Below the pieces are notes generated by a model, which saw only the letters and a list, made by a program, of their open reading frames with translations, was not told where the DNA came from and ran no database searches. The translations under genes were made by a program, and so were the position numbers. DNA of 64,000 bases from assembly GCF_006345805.1 (NCBI RefSeq), contig NC_042999.1:89404001-89468000 (forward strand), written 5' to 3'. Below are positions 37,327 to 49,677 of the stretch, one piece after another (the stretch's first letter is position 1; every line of letters starts with the position of its first letter). This DNA is from Octopus sinensis (taxonomy: Eukaryota).

Positions 37327-38514
37327 TATAAATCATTGGTTCTCTATTCTTTTTTCCCCTTTTTTTTTGCTTATGGGCCCCTTTGATTCCTATTTTATTC
37401 TATTTGACCCCGCCCTACCCCCACAGCCCTTTGACGTTAAAAAAATCCCATTATATATTTATAATAAACATAAAAAATTGCATTATATAATTTCTTAAAA
37501 TATTTCGTGCTTTGTAGAAGTTATAACCAATTTATGGCCCATAAACTTTGGTAATAAAATTTTATATGGAACCCCAACGGTAATGTGAACCCTGATTAAG
37601 AACCACAGATATAAATGACGACAGGTATCCCCTAGCTGTAGCCATCGCGTTCTTATAACATCTGGCATTACACTCTCAATTATTAGACAGGATAGTTTAA
37701 GCTGAAAGACCTGCTATTTCTAGCGATTCTGTTTCCATATAGAGGATCACACGTTGGCTCTTGTCGTTTCTGCTGCTGCCGCCGCCGCTGCTAGTATTTG
37801 TTGTTGGTGGTGTTGGTAGTGACAGTGAGGTGGGAAGGACGCGAAGGAGGGGGATTGCTACGGATGACGGACCGTGGTGATGAAAAAATTGGTGGAGTTG
37901 AGATTTGCAGCGGTAGGGCTAAGTAATAGTGTGTAGTATGGCGGGAGAGAGAGAGAGAGATACGGAGACAGACAGACAAACAGAAAGACAGAAACAGAGA
38001 GTGAGTGAGAGAAATCGAGCGTTATGGCAGCGATAGCCGGCGGTGGCGATAGTTATGATGGAGGCGGACAAGGATTTAAGCGTATGATGTGCTGGGTTTA
38101 TGACGATGATGGTGGTAGTAAATGTGATGAAAGATTTGGTGGGGATGATACTGGCTGCGGCGACGTTGGCGGAGGCGGCGACGTTGGCGGAGGCGGCGAC
38201 GCTGGCGGAGGCGGCGACGTTGGCGGAGGCGGCGGTGGTGGTGTGGTTGCGTATCCTGGTACGACAGTAGTAGTGATGTGGATTGTGTTGAGGGATGCAA
38301 CTAGCGTTGATGATGTGTGGAGAGAAGGAACCAGTAGTAACGGAATAGTAAGTGGAGGTATGGGGCGGTGTGTAGTTAGTTATTCAGAGAATGGTGGGTC
38401 CGACGCGTGATAAAATCATATTTATAGATGGTGGTGTATCGTATGGTGGTCCGGAGTATGCGGTGCAGTGCAGAAGTATATAAATATCCGGTTGTACCGC
38501 GGTGTAGAGTACAG

Positions 38515-38850
38515 CAGTGTTTCTCAAACTATCTGATGTGGCGTACCGGCAGTTTTCCCACCCCAGCCCCCACCCAATGTGCCAGGGATCGGTAATGTTT
38601 CTTAATAATATTAATTTATACCGGAAAAAATCTATATAATGAATATAATAAAAGTTGACATTTTCTTTTTTATCTTATATTTATTTTGTAAATAAATGGA
38701 ACAATATCACATAAGCATTTTATAAGTATTTTATAAGCATTTTATAATGTTTCTTTCAATTCTGGAAACTCACCGCGCACCGGATGCTGATGGCTCGCCG
38801 GCCGGCACCGGCCGGCACCGGCCTGCGGACCACCACTTTGAGTAGCAGTG
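38515..38850. mobile_element. hAT/Charlie-like MITE
   Basis: Left end CAGTGTTTCTCAAACT and right end ACTTTGAGTAGCAGTG form an imperfect TIR pair. The internal CCGGCA repeats are typical. The 8-bp flanks GAGTACAG and GATTCGTG match only partly. Confidence 0.6.
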
Positions 38851-40178
38851 GATTCGTGAGAGTTTGGTCTATGGAATTGCAGCGTATAGTCACCGGGTAT
38901 GTTGTAAAGTTGAGTGATGATCTGGTATTTGATGATCAGCTGTGAGGGCTGTCATGTATAGAGTGCTGTGCTCCGCAATCGGTATGCCGTAGCTCACTGG
39001 TTAGCCACAAGACGATGCTAGGTGTGCCGCAGACTAGCCTGGATATAATTTTTCCCCTATACTTTCAGTTATATTTTTGGTTCAGATGTGCAAACGAAGT
39101 TTGAAAAGAATATAAGTGTACCACAAGTGAAAAAAGGTTGCGGAGCACTGGTATAGTGTACAGCAGTGGTTCCCAGAGTAGGATTTACTGTCCCCCTACA
39201 TCTGGAGGAGGTGGAAAGATCCGGTGGGGAGGGCACTAGAGGAAAGTGGGGTGATCAAAATAATGGGTTAATATCTTTTATCCTTTGCTTGTTTCAGACT
39301 GCGGCTATGCTGAGGCACCGCCTAGAAGAATTTTTAGTCGAAAGAATCGACCCCAGTACTTCTTTTTTTAAAGCCTGGTATTTATTATATCGGTCTCAGT
39401 TGCCGAAATGCCAAGTTACTGAGACGTGAATACACCAACACTGGTTCACTCAGCTGGCAGACCAGTGATGATGATGATGGTATGGCGATGCCGGTATATG
39501 CTGAATGGTAAAAGTGTTCTGTTTGGTACAACAGGTGATAAGTACTACGAGGTGGTAGACTTGGTTATGTTAGCGGTAGTTTTGAAGTGAATTGGGTAGG
39601 AGAGAGAGGGGGGGGGGAAGATACGTAAGAAAGTAGTAGATATGAGCTATCGATGCTTTTGCGATGTAAAACGAATACAAATAGAAAAAGAAGTCAGCTG
39701 TGGGTGTAAGGAGAGTGAACTGTATCAGTCGTTGACAAACGCTGGTGACAAACGGATAGCATCAGGGTGGCGGAAGAAATGGATAATGAAAAACAGATGA
39801 ATTACATTTTATTTTTCTATTCCCACCCCGACTAATATACAACTTGAATCATATACTTATTATAACTTTTCATATATATATATATACATACATACATACA
39901 TACATGCATACATACATACATACATACATACATACATACATACATACATACATACATACATACATACATACACATATAGATAAATATATTCTCTTATTTA
40001 ATTCATTTATTTGGTTGCAGGTTTCTTAATGGTTCTGTGGTTAAGGAGCTTGCTTTGCAACAACGTGGTATCGGGTTCAATTCTACTGCGCGGCGCCTTG
40101 TACAAGTGTCTTCTACTACATCTTTTGAGTGAATTTGGTTGACGACGATTGCGCAAAAGCCTGTCGCATGTGATATTA

Positions 40179-40402
40179 CTGGCTTTGTACCTATGTATAT
40201 AAGACCTTCTAGCCTTGTGCCTATGTAATACCTCCTAGCCTTGTGCGTATCTATGCAAGACGTTCTGGCCTTGTGACTAGCGAGATATGACCCTCTGGCC
40301 TTGTGACTATCAATATAAGACCTGGTCTTGTGCTTATCTATATAAGAATTTCAGGCTTTGTGTCTATCTATATAAGATCTTCTGACCGTGTGCCTATGTG
40401 TC
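40179..40402 (+). repeat. Minisatellite, ~26-30 bp unit x8 (CTGGCCTTGTGCCTAT..TATAAGAC)
   Basis: Eight diverged units read directly. The core GGCCTTGTGCCTA matches the SINE B 3' end motif. Confidence 0.8.
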
Positions 40403-42018
40403 TAAAAACTCATTATTGAGGGTGGTGAAGGTGGTGGGTAGGAGGAATAGTTACAATCTTAGAAAAATTGTTTTTGCTGTATTTACTCTGCTCTTCACGG
40501 TTTGAGTCCGAATCCATCCAAGGTCAACTTTACCTTTCAGTCGATATAATCACCTGCTCCCGCTCACCCCAACAAAATAATCTGGCCTTGTACATATGTT
40601 AGAAACAATAATTATGAGCGGTGGATTAACATACTCGTTGGAGTGTTGAACAAATGTCTTGCAGTGTTTTTCATCTACAGTGTACTTTTTTAAAGGAGAT
40701 TTGGCTACAGCCAAAGAAGGTAGGTCGACTTATACACTAAGACGACCTTGGAGGACTGAAAATTCCATGTGAAATGCAGCAGGATTTAGAAAGATAGAGA
40801 CGATAGTTGTATATTTACACGACATGTCTACACTATATACTAAGTAGACTTATATATCAGAAAATACGTAAGTAAGAGTTTTAAGAGTGAGAATAGAGAT
40901 AGCAACTGTCCAAATGAATGCATACAGTCCTTGAATAACCAATATAAAGAGTTTGCGTACTTTCAGAAGTAAAACCTTTAATATCGATCATATCATTCGA
41001 ATCTATTCGGCCAAACACGTGGGTAAATTTAAAAACAAAATATCTGTTTAGGTCAGCATGTATAGACAAAGTAAAGAGGAAAGAGATCACATATTTCATT
41101 ATATATATATATTCATACTTTTCTTTTTCAAGGGTTGACATGACAAAAGATTCCTTGGAGCCGGTGACAGCCATGTCTTTATTCGGGCTCTCACTGAGAA
41201 TTCGAACTAGCAATAGAGATTTTACTGAATATTCTAAAATTGATATAATAATAATCATAATTCATTTTTTTTTTTTTTATAAAACAGAGCCGGATACCGA
41301 ACTAAGTATTATCTCGAGCGTGTTTGGCTAGGGGACTGTAAATATCACTCACCTATGAACTATGTCCAGCTGACTGATATGGGCAAACACAGACACACAC
41401 ACACCGTGCGCACAGATGCACGCACACACACACACACACACATACATACACACACTCATATACCCTACCCCAACCTCTACACACACGCGCACGCGCGCTT
41501 TCACTCACACACATTCTTTCTCTCTCTCTCTTACATAATATACGCGTACACACACACACACACACACACATACTCAGCGAGCGTTGTATTAGTGGGCCAC
41601 GACTTTGCATTCGGCCGAAAAACTACTTCTACATATATATAAACTATTTGTTATATAGGTCAGCACAATCTGAGGTGAGGCTTCACAAACAACAAAATAA
41701 CATTATTCAATAACAACGAATGCATGAAAAAGATGAATGAATGAATGAATGAATGAATGTTACGCGAAACGTCATGTTATAATTGGTATATTGATCGTTT
41801 TCAAAAGTTGCATGATAGCATGAATAAATGCCAAACCTTAAAATACCCGCTCGAGTTGGTTTGGTCGACTAAACCCGTCAAGGTTGTGTTGCAAAATCGC
41901 TGCAGTCCAATGACAAAAAGAAGCAGAAGAATAAAGGAATAAAGAAGTTATAAAAGGCAACAGAACCTGAATGAATGTTTGACATTACAAAACACATTGC
42001 AAAATATGAATGGACGTT

Positions 42019-42275
42019 GCCGAATGCTACAACGTAACATATTAGCCGAATGCTACAACGTAACATATTAGCCGAATGCTAAAACGTAACATATTAGCCG
42101 AATGCTACAACGTAACATAGCTGAATGCTACAACGTAACATATTAGCTGAATGGTACAACGTAACATATTAGCTGAATGCTACAACGTAACATATTAGCC
42201 GAATGCTACAACGTAACATATTAGCCGAATGCTACAACGTAACATATTAGCCGAATGCTACAACGTTACATATTA
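42019..42275 (+). repeat. Minisatellite, 26-bp unit GCCGAATGCTACAACGTAACATATTA x10
   Basis: Ten contiguous copies counted, one shortened to 23 bp. There are no spacers. Confidence 0.95.
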
Positions 42276-43178
42276 GAAACGCTGCAAAAGGTCTTATGGG
42301 GTATAAGACATAATAACAATACAGCTCATTACAACGTAACTCATTAGATGAAAGAATGTCACACGCGACAACACAGCACAAAACACTAATGAATGTCACA
42401 CTACAGCACAACATATTACATGAATGAATGTCACACGCTGCAATACAACGCAATATACGAATAGATGTTGCACATTACAACGTAACGCATGGATGTCACG
42501 CATGTTTAAAATGTTAATATATACTGCGACAGAATGCGCGGAAGAATGTTTGTTGTGGAACTTTACAACATGACACGCTACATGAATGAACGTGCGGCGT
42601 CACACTTTGCGATACAACATATGAATGGATGCTGCCAAACGTTACAATACGAAGCATGGAATAAATGAATGGATAAAATTAGATGTTGCAGCGCGTTACG
42701 AAACGTGAATGGATATTATCAAAACTTCGGTACAGATTACATATGAATGTTTGCCGAACGTTACAACACGTTTCACAACTTGATTGGCTGTTGTGAAACT
42801 TCGCTACAGATTACAGGGTTTTTGTTACACTTAATTCCCAAGTAAATATACATCGTCAATAAACTATAAAAAAAATGACTAACGTGTATATAAAACATAC
42901 AAAACCTTTTTTGAAAGTGACTCTGTATTTCCCACTATTTCTCTCCCTCGATGCTTTTGTCTCTTCCTCACCCAATGCCCCCCCCCCAAAAAAAAACTTC
43001 TCCATCTCTTTTTCTGCTCTATCTTTCTCTTTCTCTTTTTTTCTCTCTCTTCCCTATAAAAAACGTAGTAGTACATGGCTACGATCTGTTGTAACTGTAA
43101 ATATACACTTCCACGTGTATGGAAGAAGAAAGATACACAGACAGACAGAGACAGAAGAAAGTGTAAGTGTTTATGCGC

Positions 43179-43228
<50 letters not shown>

Positions 43229-43662
43229 GTGTGTGTGTACGTGTGTGTGATCTCTTAAAGATCTGCTTTATATATACCGTGACTGAAAAGAAACACGTCA
43301 GAAGTAAAACAGCGAACGAAGAAAATAAGATACAAAATGAGTGAGAGTGTGATTGACAGATAGAAGGAGAAAAAATATGAGTGGCGGTTAGAGAGATTGA
43401 ACATAATGAATGAACATATGTAAAGGTGCATCTGTGAGCACGTGATATTTGTATGAATTTATTATGTATTCGGTGAGTGAGAGTGCATCTATGTCAAACT
43501 AATAAATTCCTTTGTACGTCGTCGTGTGTGTTATTGTTAATTTTATCGTTTGCTTAATTGGTTTGACTATATTTTATTATATTATATATATTATATAATA
43601 TATATTATATATTATATTATATTATATTATATTATATTATATTATATTATATATTATATATT

Positions 43663-43695
<33 letters not shown>

Positions 43696-43837
43696 TATAT
43701 TATATTATATTATATTATACATATATATATATTATATTATTCATATATATATATATATATATATATTATTATATATATATATATATAATATTATATATAT
43801 ATATATTATGTGTGTGTGTGTGCGTGTGTGTACGCGT

Positions 43838-44090
43838 GTGGAGGCGCGTAGCTTAGTGGTTAGGGTATCAGCATCATGATCGTAAAATTGTGGTTTCGAT
43901 TCCTGGACTGGGCGACGCGTTGTGTTCTTGAGCAAGATACTTCATTTTACGTTGTTTCAGTCCACTCAGCTGGCAAAAATGAGTAACGCTGCGATGGACT
44001 GGCGTCCCGTCCAGCTGGGGAACACATACATCATAGAAACCGGGAAACCGGGCCCGTGAGCCTGGCTAGGTTTTTAAAAGGTGCATTTAT
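43838..44090 (+). mobile_element. SINE family C
   Basis: TAGCTTAGTGGTTAGGG (A box), GGTTTCGATTCC (B box) and the TTCTTGAGCAAGATAC..CCACTCAGCTGGCAAAAATGAG core. Confidence 0.85.
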
Positions 44091-44107
44091 ATTTATTATT
44101 TATATAT

Positions 44108-44315
44108 ATACTCTTTTACTTGCTGCAGTCATTTGACTGCAGCCATGCTGGAGCACTGCCTTTAGTCGAACAAATCGACCCCAGGATTTATTCTTTGTAA
44201 GCCTAGTATTTATTATATCGGTCTCTTACGTTACGGGGGCGTAAATAGACCAACATCGGTTGTCAAGCGATGGTGGAGGTGACAAACACAGACACACACA
44301 GACACACACACACAC

Positions 44316-44408
<93 letters not shown>

Positions 44409-44552
44409 GACGGGCTTCTTTCAGTTTGCGGCTAAATCCATTCACAAGTCTTTGGTCGGCCTGAGGCTATAGTAGAAGATACTTGCTCAAGGTGCCACGG
44501 AACCCGGAACCATGTGATTTGTTAGCAAGCTACTTACCACACAACCACTCCT
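44108..44552 (-). mobile_element. SINE family A with an expanded internal (TA)n
   Basis: Family A motifs flank about 100 bp of TA repeat at 44300-44406. Confidence 0.85.
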
Positions 44553-44575
44553 GCGCGTATATATATATATACATG

Positions 44576-44614
<39 letters not shown>

Positions 44615-44810
44615 TTTGTTTCAGTCATTAGTCAGCGGCCATGCTGGGGCACTGCCTTAAGGAATTCTTGTCGAATAAATCGCCTCCAGTACTTATTTTA
44701 TTTATAACCCGTTACTTATTCCCTCGGTCTCTTTTGCCGAAATGATTCTAAGTTAGGAGACGCAAACACACCAGCACTGGTGGAGGAACAAATGTAAACA
44801 CGCGCGGGCA

Positions 44811-44847
<37 letters not shown>

Positions 44848-45940
44848 GAGTTCCTCTACTCTCCGACGGGTTTTGTTTTTTGTCCTGCATGATGTTCAGC
44901 AAGCACCCTCCTCACTGAGCAAGCTCAGTGGGGTTGTCAGTTTATGCGCCGACAACCCAACCATGCAACTGGTTGTACTCGGTTACATATTACCAGTAGT
45001 ACTCGAGAGCGACCTGTCCTGATGAACGACCTGACCTGACAACCATAGACGTGTCACCCTTTTGTGTGTTGCTGGGAAGATCCTTGGAAGGGTTATCTTA
45101 GACTAAATGATGCTCTTGCCAGCTTAGTGTTGCCTGAATCTCAGTGCGGATATCGGGTTAGTAAAAGTACAATGAATATGATTTTTAGCCTAAGTCAGCT
45201 GCAGGAAAGGGCTCGTGAGCACAACCGAAACCTTTTTGTCACGTTTGTATTTCTCACTAAAGCTTTCGACATCGTATCTAGGAATGCTCTTTGGGTTGTC
45301 CTTAGAAAGCTAGGTGTTCCAGAAAAGATGGTCAATGTCATAATTTCTTTCCATCAATGATCAATGAATGATGGCTTCTGTCAGATCAAGGTGTCCAATT
45401 CATTCACAGTCTCAAACGGGACAAAACTAGGCTGTGTTTTTGCACCACAGTTATTTGCTTTGTATTTCTCCGTCATGTTGGAAACAACGTTTTGTTCAAC
45501 CAACAGTGCTTCAAAGTAAAAACTAAGACTTTGGTGCAAACAGTTCCAGATTTGCTCTTCGCAGTCCTATTGTGCACTTGTAGCACACACACTCTTGAGA
45601 ACATGCAGTGGATTGTAAACAACGTGTCGCGTGCATTCGATGCTTTTGGTTTGACTGTCAGTATCAAGAAGATTGAGTTTGTCTATTAGCCCATTCGTGA
45701 CACCTTTGCGCTATTGCCCTCTTTCATTTATCTTCGTTCCATTGTGTCCAATGATGCGAAGGTAGATAAAGAAATCTAGTCCAGAATCGGAAAGGCTAGC
45801 TCTCCTTTCGGTAAGCTTTATCACAGGTGATGGAACAGCCACGACGTATCGTTGAAGGAAAAAGTAAATGTATATAAGTTGGTGGTCTTAGCAACATTGC
45901 TTTATGGTGCTGAATTTTGGACTTCGTAACGAAAGCATAT
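44848..45940 (+). pseudogene. RTE-clade LINE derivative: putative 5' UTR joined to RT fragments
   Basis: LPESQCGYR..STMNMIFSLSQLQERAREHNRNLFVTFVFLTKAFDIVSRNALW.VLRKLGVPEK, a GCVFAPQLF-like segment, FGLTVSIKK, RIGKASSPFGKL and LLYGAEFW. No endonuclease domain is visible. Confidence 0.85.
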
Positions 45941-46017
45941 CAGACAGACAGACAGACAGACAGACAGACAGGCAGGCAGGCAGGCAGGCAGGCAGACAGA
46001 CAGACAGACAGAGAGTC

Positions 46018-46048
<31 letters not shown>

Positions 46049-46067
46049 TATATAGATAGATAGATAG

Positions 46068-46159
<92 letters not shown>

Positions 46160-46635
46160 GACACATCCCTAATATGAACATTTCAAGTAAACCAGACAAG
46201 ATACCCCCTCTAAGTGCATCTATAGAAACTTAGATGCTTGTCACTAGGCTAGGTATGCATAGTTATTTCAGTCGTCTACGAAGCCGATGTTCCCTCTGTT
46301 CTGCTAAATAAGAGATCCAAAAGAAATGTATATTGGATTACACGTAAGTGACTTCAAAATGAGATAGGCCAGCCGCCATTTTTCTGTCAAGCACCTAGAT
46401 AAAAAGAAAAGTGCAAAGCTAACAGCCTTATCTGACAGTTGAAGGACAGCGATATACCGCACACTAGCAAGTGGAGCATCGTAGAAAGAGCTAGATCAGA
46501 TATAAATGGGTAAAAATGTGCAGTCTCTGCACAGCTCAAAGAACACACATCCCTATGAGATCGAAGAACTCCAGAACTCCACCGATTTTCTAAACTCAAG
46601 AACGGAGTCTTTACACGATGAAAGTATCTCAGCAA
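46160..46635 (+). mobile_element. Penelope-like element, Hydra-type, GIY-YIG remnant
   Basis: VVYEADV..MYIGL..DFKMR, TALS..LKDSDIPHTSKWSIVERA..MCSLC..LNSRTE, read across frameshifts. This is the TxLSxxIWxLK..WSI..CxLC..LNxRxE pattern. Confidence 0.6.
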
Positions 46636-46851
46636 GTTTCGTTTTTTTTTAAACTGAAAGACTCCCCCTCACCGAATTAGGCACACAGTTTAAGGCACTT
46701 TTACCTTTTCCCCCCATTCAACTTCCCTCACTAGGCATAGTTATTTTTTTATATATACACTCAATACTAACGATATTTTTCAATCAACTGGTTAAAGACA
46801 TAACCTTTGTTCTCCTTTTCCCTGGACGTTTTCTCGCTCTATGTTCCTGAT

Positions 46852-46897
<46 letters not shown>

Positions 46898-46932
46898 GAG
46901 AGAAATCTGGTAGAGGAAAACTGAAAATTCTT

Positions 46933-47389
46933 GGATGGAATATATAAATATTTAATACATCGCTACGTGCGTGTCTATAAATCACATGATTTTGAAATGA
47001 AGAGTCGGTATCTTTGGGATTAGTACAGTATAGTCCGTAGTATCCGTCGATATGCGGTTGATCATCAACATTGATTCATTTCATCAGGCGATACTGCATT
47101 ATTGGATGTATCACAGAGAGATGTTTATCCATTCTTGCCAATATGAAGGCCAATCTACCCTTCAATCTAGCTAGATTTGCTTTCATAAAGGCAAGAAGGG
47201 ACCGCTCTGTGATTCATCCAATAATGCAGTATTGCCTGATGAAATATACCAATGATGACGATCAACCGCATGCCCACGGACATTACGAACTGTACTGTAC
47301 TAAACCTAAGGATACCGACTCTCATGTCAAAATCATGTGATTTGTGGAAACGAGCGTAGCAATGTATTAAATATTTATAAATTCCATCC
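46933..47389. mobile_element. Fold-back (palindromic) MITE-like element
   Basis: The left arm 46933-47157 is the reverse complement of the right arm 47172-47389 along its whole length (roughly 80% by eye). The loop is ~14 nt and the termini are GGATGG..CCATCC. Confidence 0.85.
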
Positions 47390-47679
47390 TATAATTACTG
47401 TTATTATTATATTTATCCTATGTTATATCGGTATAACCGTGATGCAACCCCGAAAAACTGACTGACCAGTCAGTATCATTAGACGGTAGTCGGATAATGA
47501 AATAGGAGCTTTATTTGCATATCCCTAACGTTACCATAAAAGAATTTAAAAGATTTGTGTGTGTGTATGTGTGTATGCGTTAAACTTAAAAAAATTTAGT
47601 ACTGGGACGATTCGCTCGGCTAAAAACTTAAATTGGTTGCATGTATTTATGCTTGCATGCATTTGTGTGCATGTGTGCG

Positions 47680-47727
<48 letters not shown>

Positions 47728-48300
47728 CGCGTGTATGGATTCGATTCCCAGACCAGGCGTTGCGTCGTGTTCTTGAGCAAAGCACTTCATTTCACGTTGC
47801 TCTCCGATCATTTCGATATCTGACATGTGGCACCCGTTCTACCCGTCGATCTGATGGAGGGAGTGAGCTTATGTCTACACAAACATTTGATTACTATAAA
47901 CAAATCATCTGTATGGTTATTCGGTAAGATATTGTCGAACCCTCGCATGTCGTCTAACAATGGGAGAGTCCATCATGTGTGTATGTGTGTGTGTGTTTAC
48001 ATAAATATATATATATATATATATACACACACATGTATATGTTGTATGTGTATATGTGTGTGTGCGTGTAAATATGCGTGTGTGTGTGTGTGAATTGTTT
48101 TGTTGTATGTATTATTCATGATTGGGAGGATGAAATAATTTCGAACTACTGTTTCAGAATGCGTATTTATGTGTATACACGTTTGTGTGTTTCTGTTTGT
48201 GTGTAGCTATGTGTTTGGACGCGCATACGTGTGTGTGTTTGTAAGTGTGTGCGTGCATGCGTGTATGTGTATTTGTGTGAGTGTGTGAGAAAGAGAGAAT

Positions 48301-48374
<74 letters not shown>

Positions 48375-48639
48375 TATGTACATCAGGCATATTGTCATAT
48401 CAGACAAATAGACACATCTATATCAGTGTGTATAAATGGTGCGTTTAGGTGCTTAAATATGTTTGTGTAGTTGAGATTGTGTGATTGTGTCGCTCATGAT
48501 AAATAAATAGGCCAATAGATAAGTGAGATCAACAAACAAATAATGTGGGGGTTACTTTGAAAACATTATTACAGTTCGGCAAAAGAGTAACGAGTTTGCT
48601 ATTTAGCTAAACAGAACTTAAAGGTAAGGAAACATGTCA

Positions 48640-48692
<53 letters not shown>

Positions 48693-49244
48693 GTGTGTGT
48701 GTGTATACGTCACTGGATTATACAGATAAGCGCTTGGACACACACAACACACAGACACAGACATGGTGATTGCTCCATCTTCACAGATGATTATTGTCTC
48801 CTTGTGCCTCCTCACAATCAATAGCACTGCCCACTTGCCGTCCATGATCTCTCAGACGACTATGCAAGTCAGTCCCTTTGCATATCTGCATGGTTTGAAG
48901 CATAGGTGACAGACGAAAGTTGTTACTTACTGCTGTACGCTTCCAACTGGTCAAGGTCAGAACATGTATATGATAATTTTTTCCTTTTTGTTAGTATGAA
49001 AAGTCGGTACATTTTCATTTCAAGTTCCATCAAAATTGAAACATCTAATTAAGTAAAATAAAATGAAGCCAAGTGTGATGAAGATGACCTTAATTTTGCA
49101 GAAAAGTAATTCTCTCGCTTACTCGCTAGAAAAAATTCTCTTTTCTATAGGTACATTCGATAGGTACAACTGAGTAGTTAATAGTTATGCTATGCTTACA
49201 TTATTTAGGAATATAGTTAAAATATTTAGTGGACCCAATATCAT

Positions 49245-49557
49245 CAAGAGCACTCAGTGAGCGGAAACCTCCGCCAAAACAACACCAACGTCCTCTCAAC
49301 GAGATGATTTTTTTAAATGAGAATATCTGAAATAAATTCGACTGCTCTCACAAACGAGAATACTAAAAATGAACCCGACCGCTCTCAAAAATTAAGTAAA
49401 AAAAAAAGGGGAAAATAATCCAGAATCCTTGTCCGGTACCCGATCGATCCTCAAATCTCCATTCAGCGGTTCTTAAGATGTCTTGTCCACGGATAAACAA
49501 ACAAACAAACAAACGCGACTGAAAACAATATCTCCGCCTTCGCTAAGGCGAAGGTAA
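49245..49557. mobile_element. Helentron-associated (HINE/DINE-like) non-autonomous element candidate
   Basis: Subterminal ACCTCCGCC (49267-49275) is complementary to GGCGAAGGT (49547-49555). There is a 3' hairpin CTCCGCCTT-CGCT-AAGGCGAAG and an internal (AAAC)n. Confidence 0.45.
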
Positions 49558-49677
49558 TAATGATATTTTGCTGTCTGCTATTGTACTTTCGTACCATAAT
49601 AGTTTCATTTTGAGAATGTGTGTATGTATATATGTGTAAGTATTTGTATATGTATGCGTGTGTGTGTGTGTTTGTAT

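Noticed and set aside
38024-38410. 128-aa Gly-rich ORF with an 18-bp tandem repeat (GGCGGCGACGTTGGCGGA, ~4 copies)
   Set aside because: It is embedded in GGT/GAT low-complexity DNA, with no splice signals or family motif.
40881-41354. 125-aa minus-strand ORF and a perfect AG|GTGAGT donor at 41353
   Set aside because: No recognisable domain is present and the ORF includes low-complexity segments. A lone donor is not enough to call an upstream exon without RNA data.
42019-42275. CRISPR-like appearance of the 26-bp repeats
   Set aside because: The units are contiguous with no unique spacers, the context is eukaryotic and there are no cas genes.
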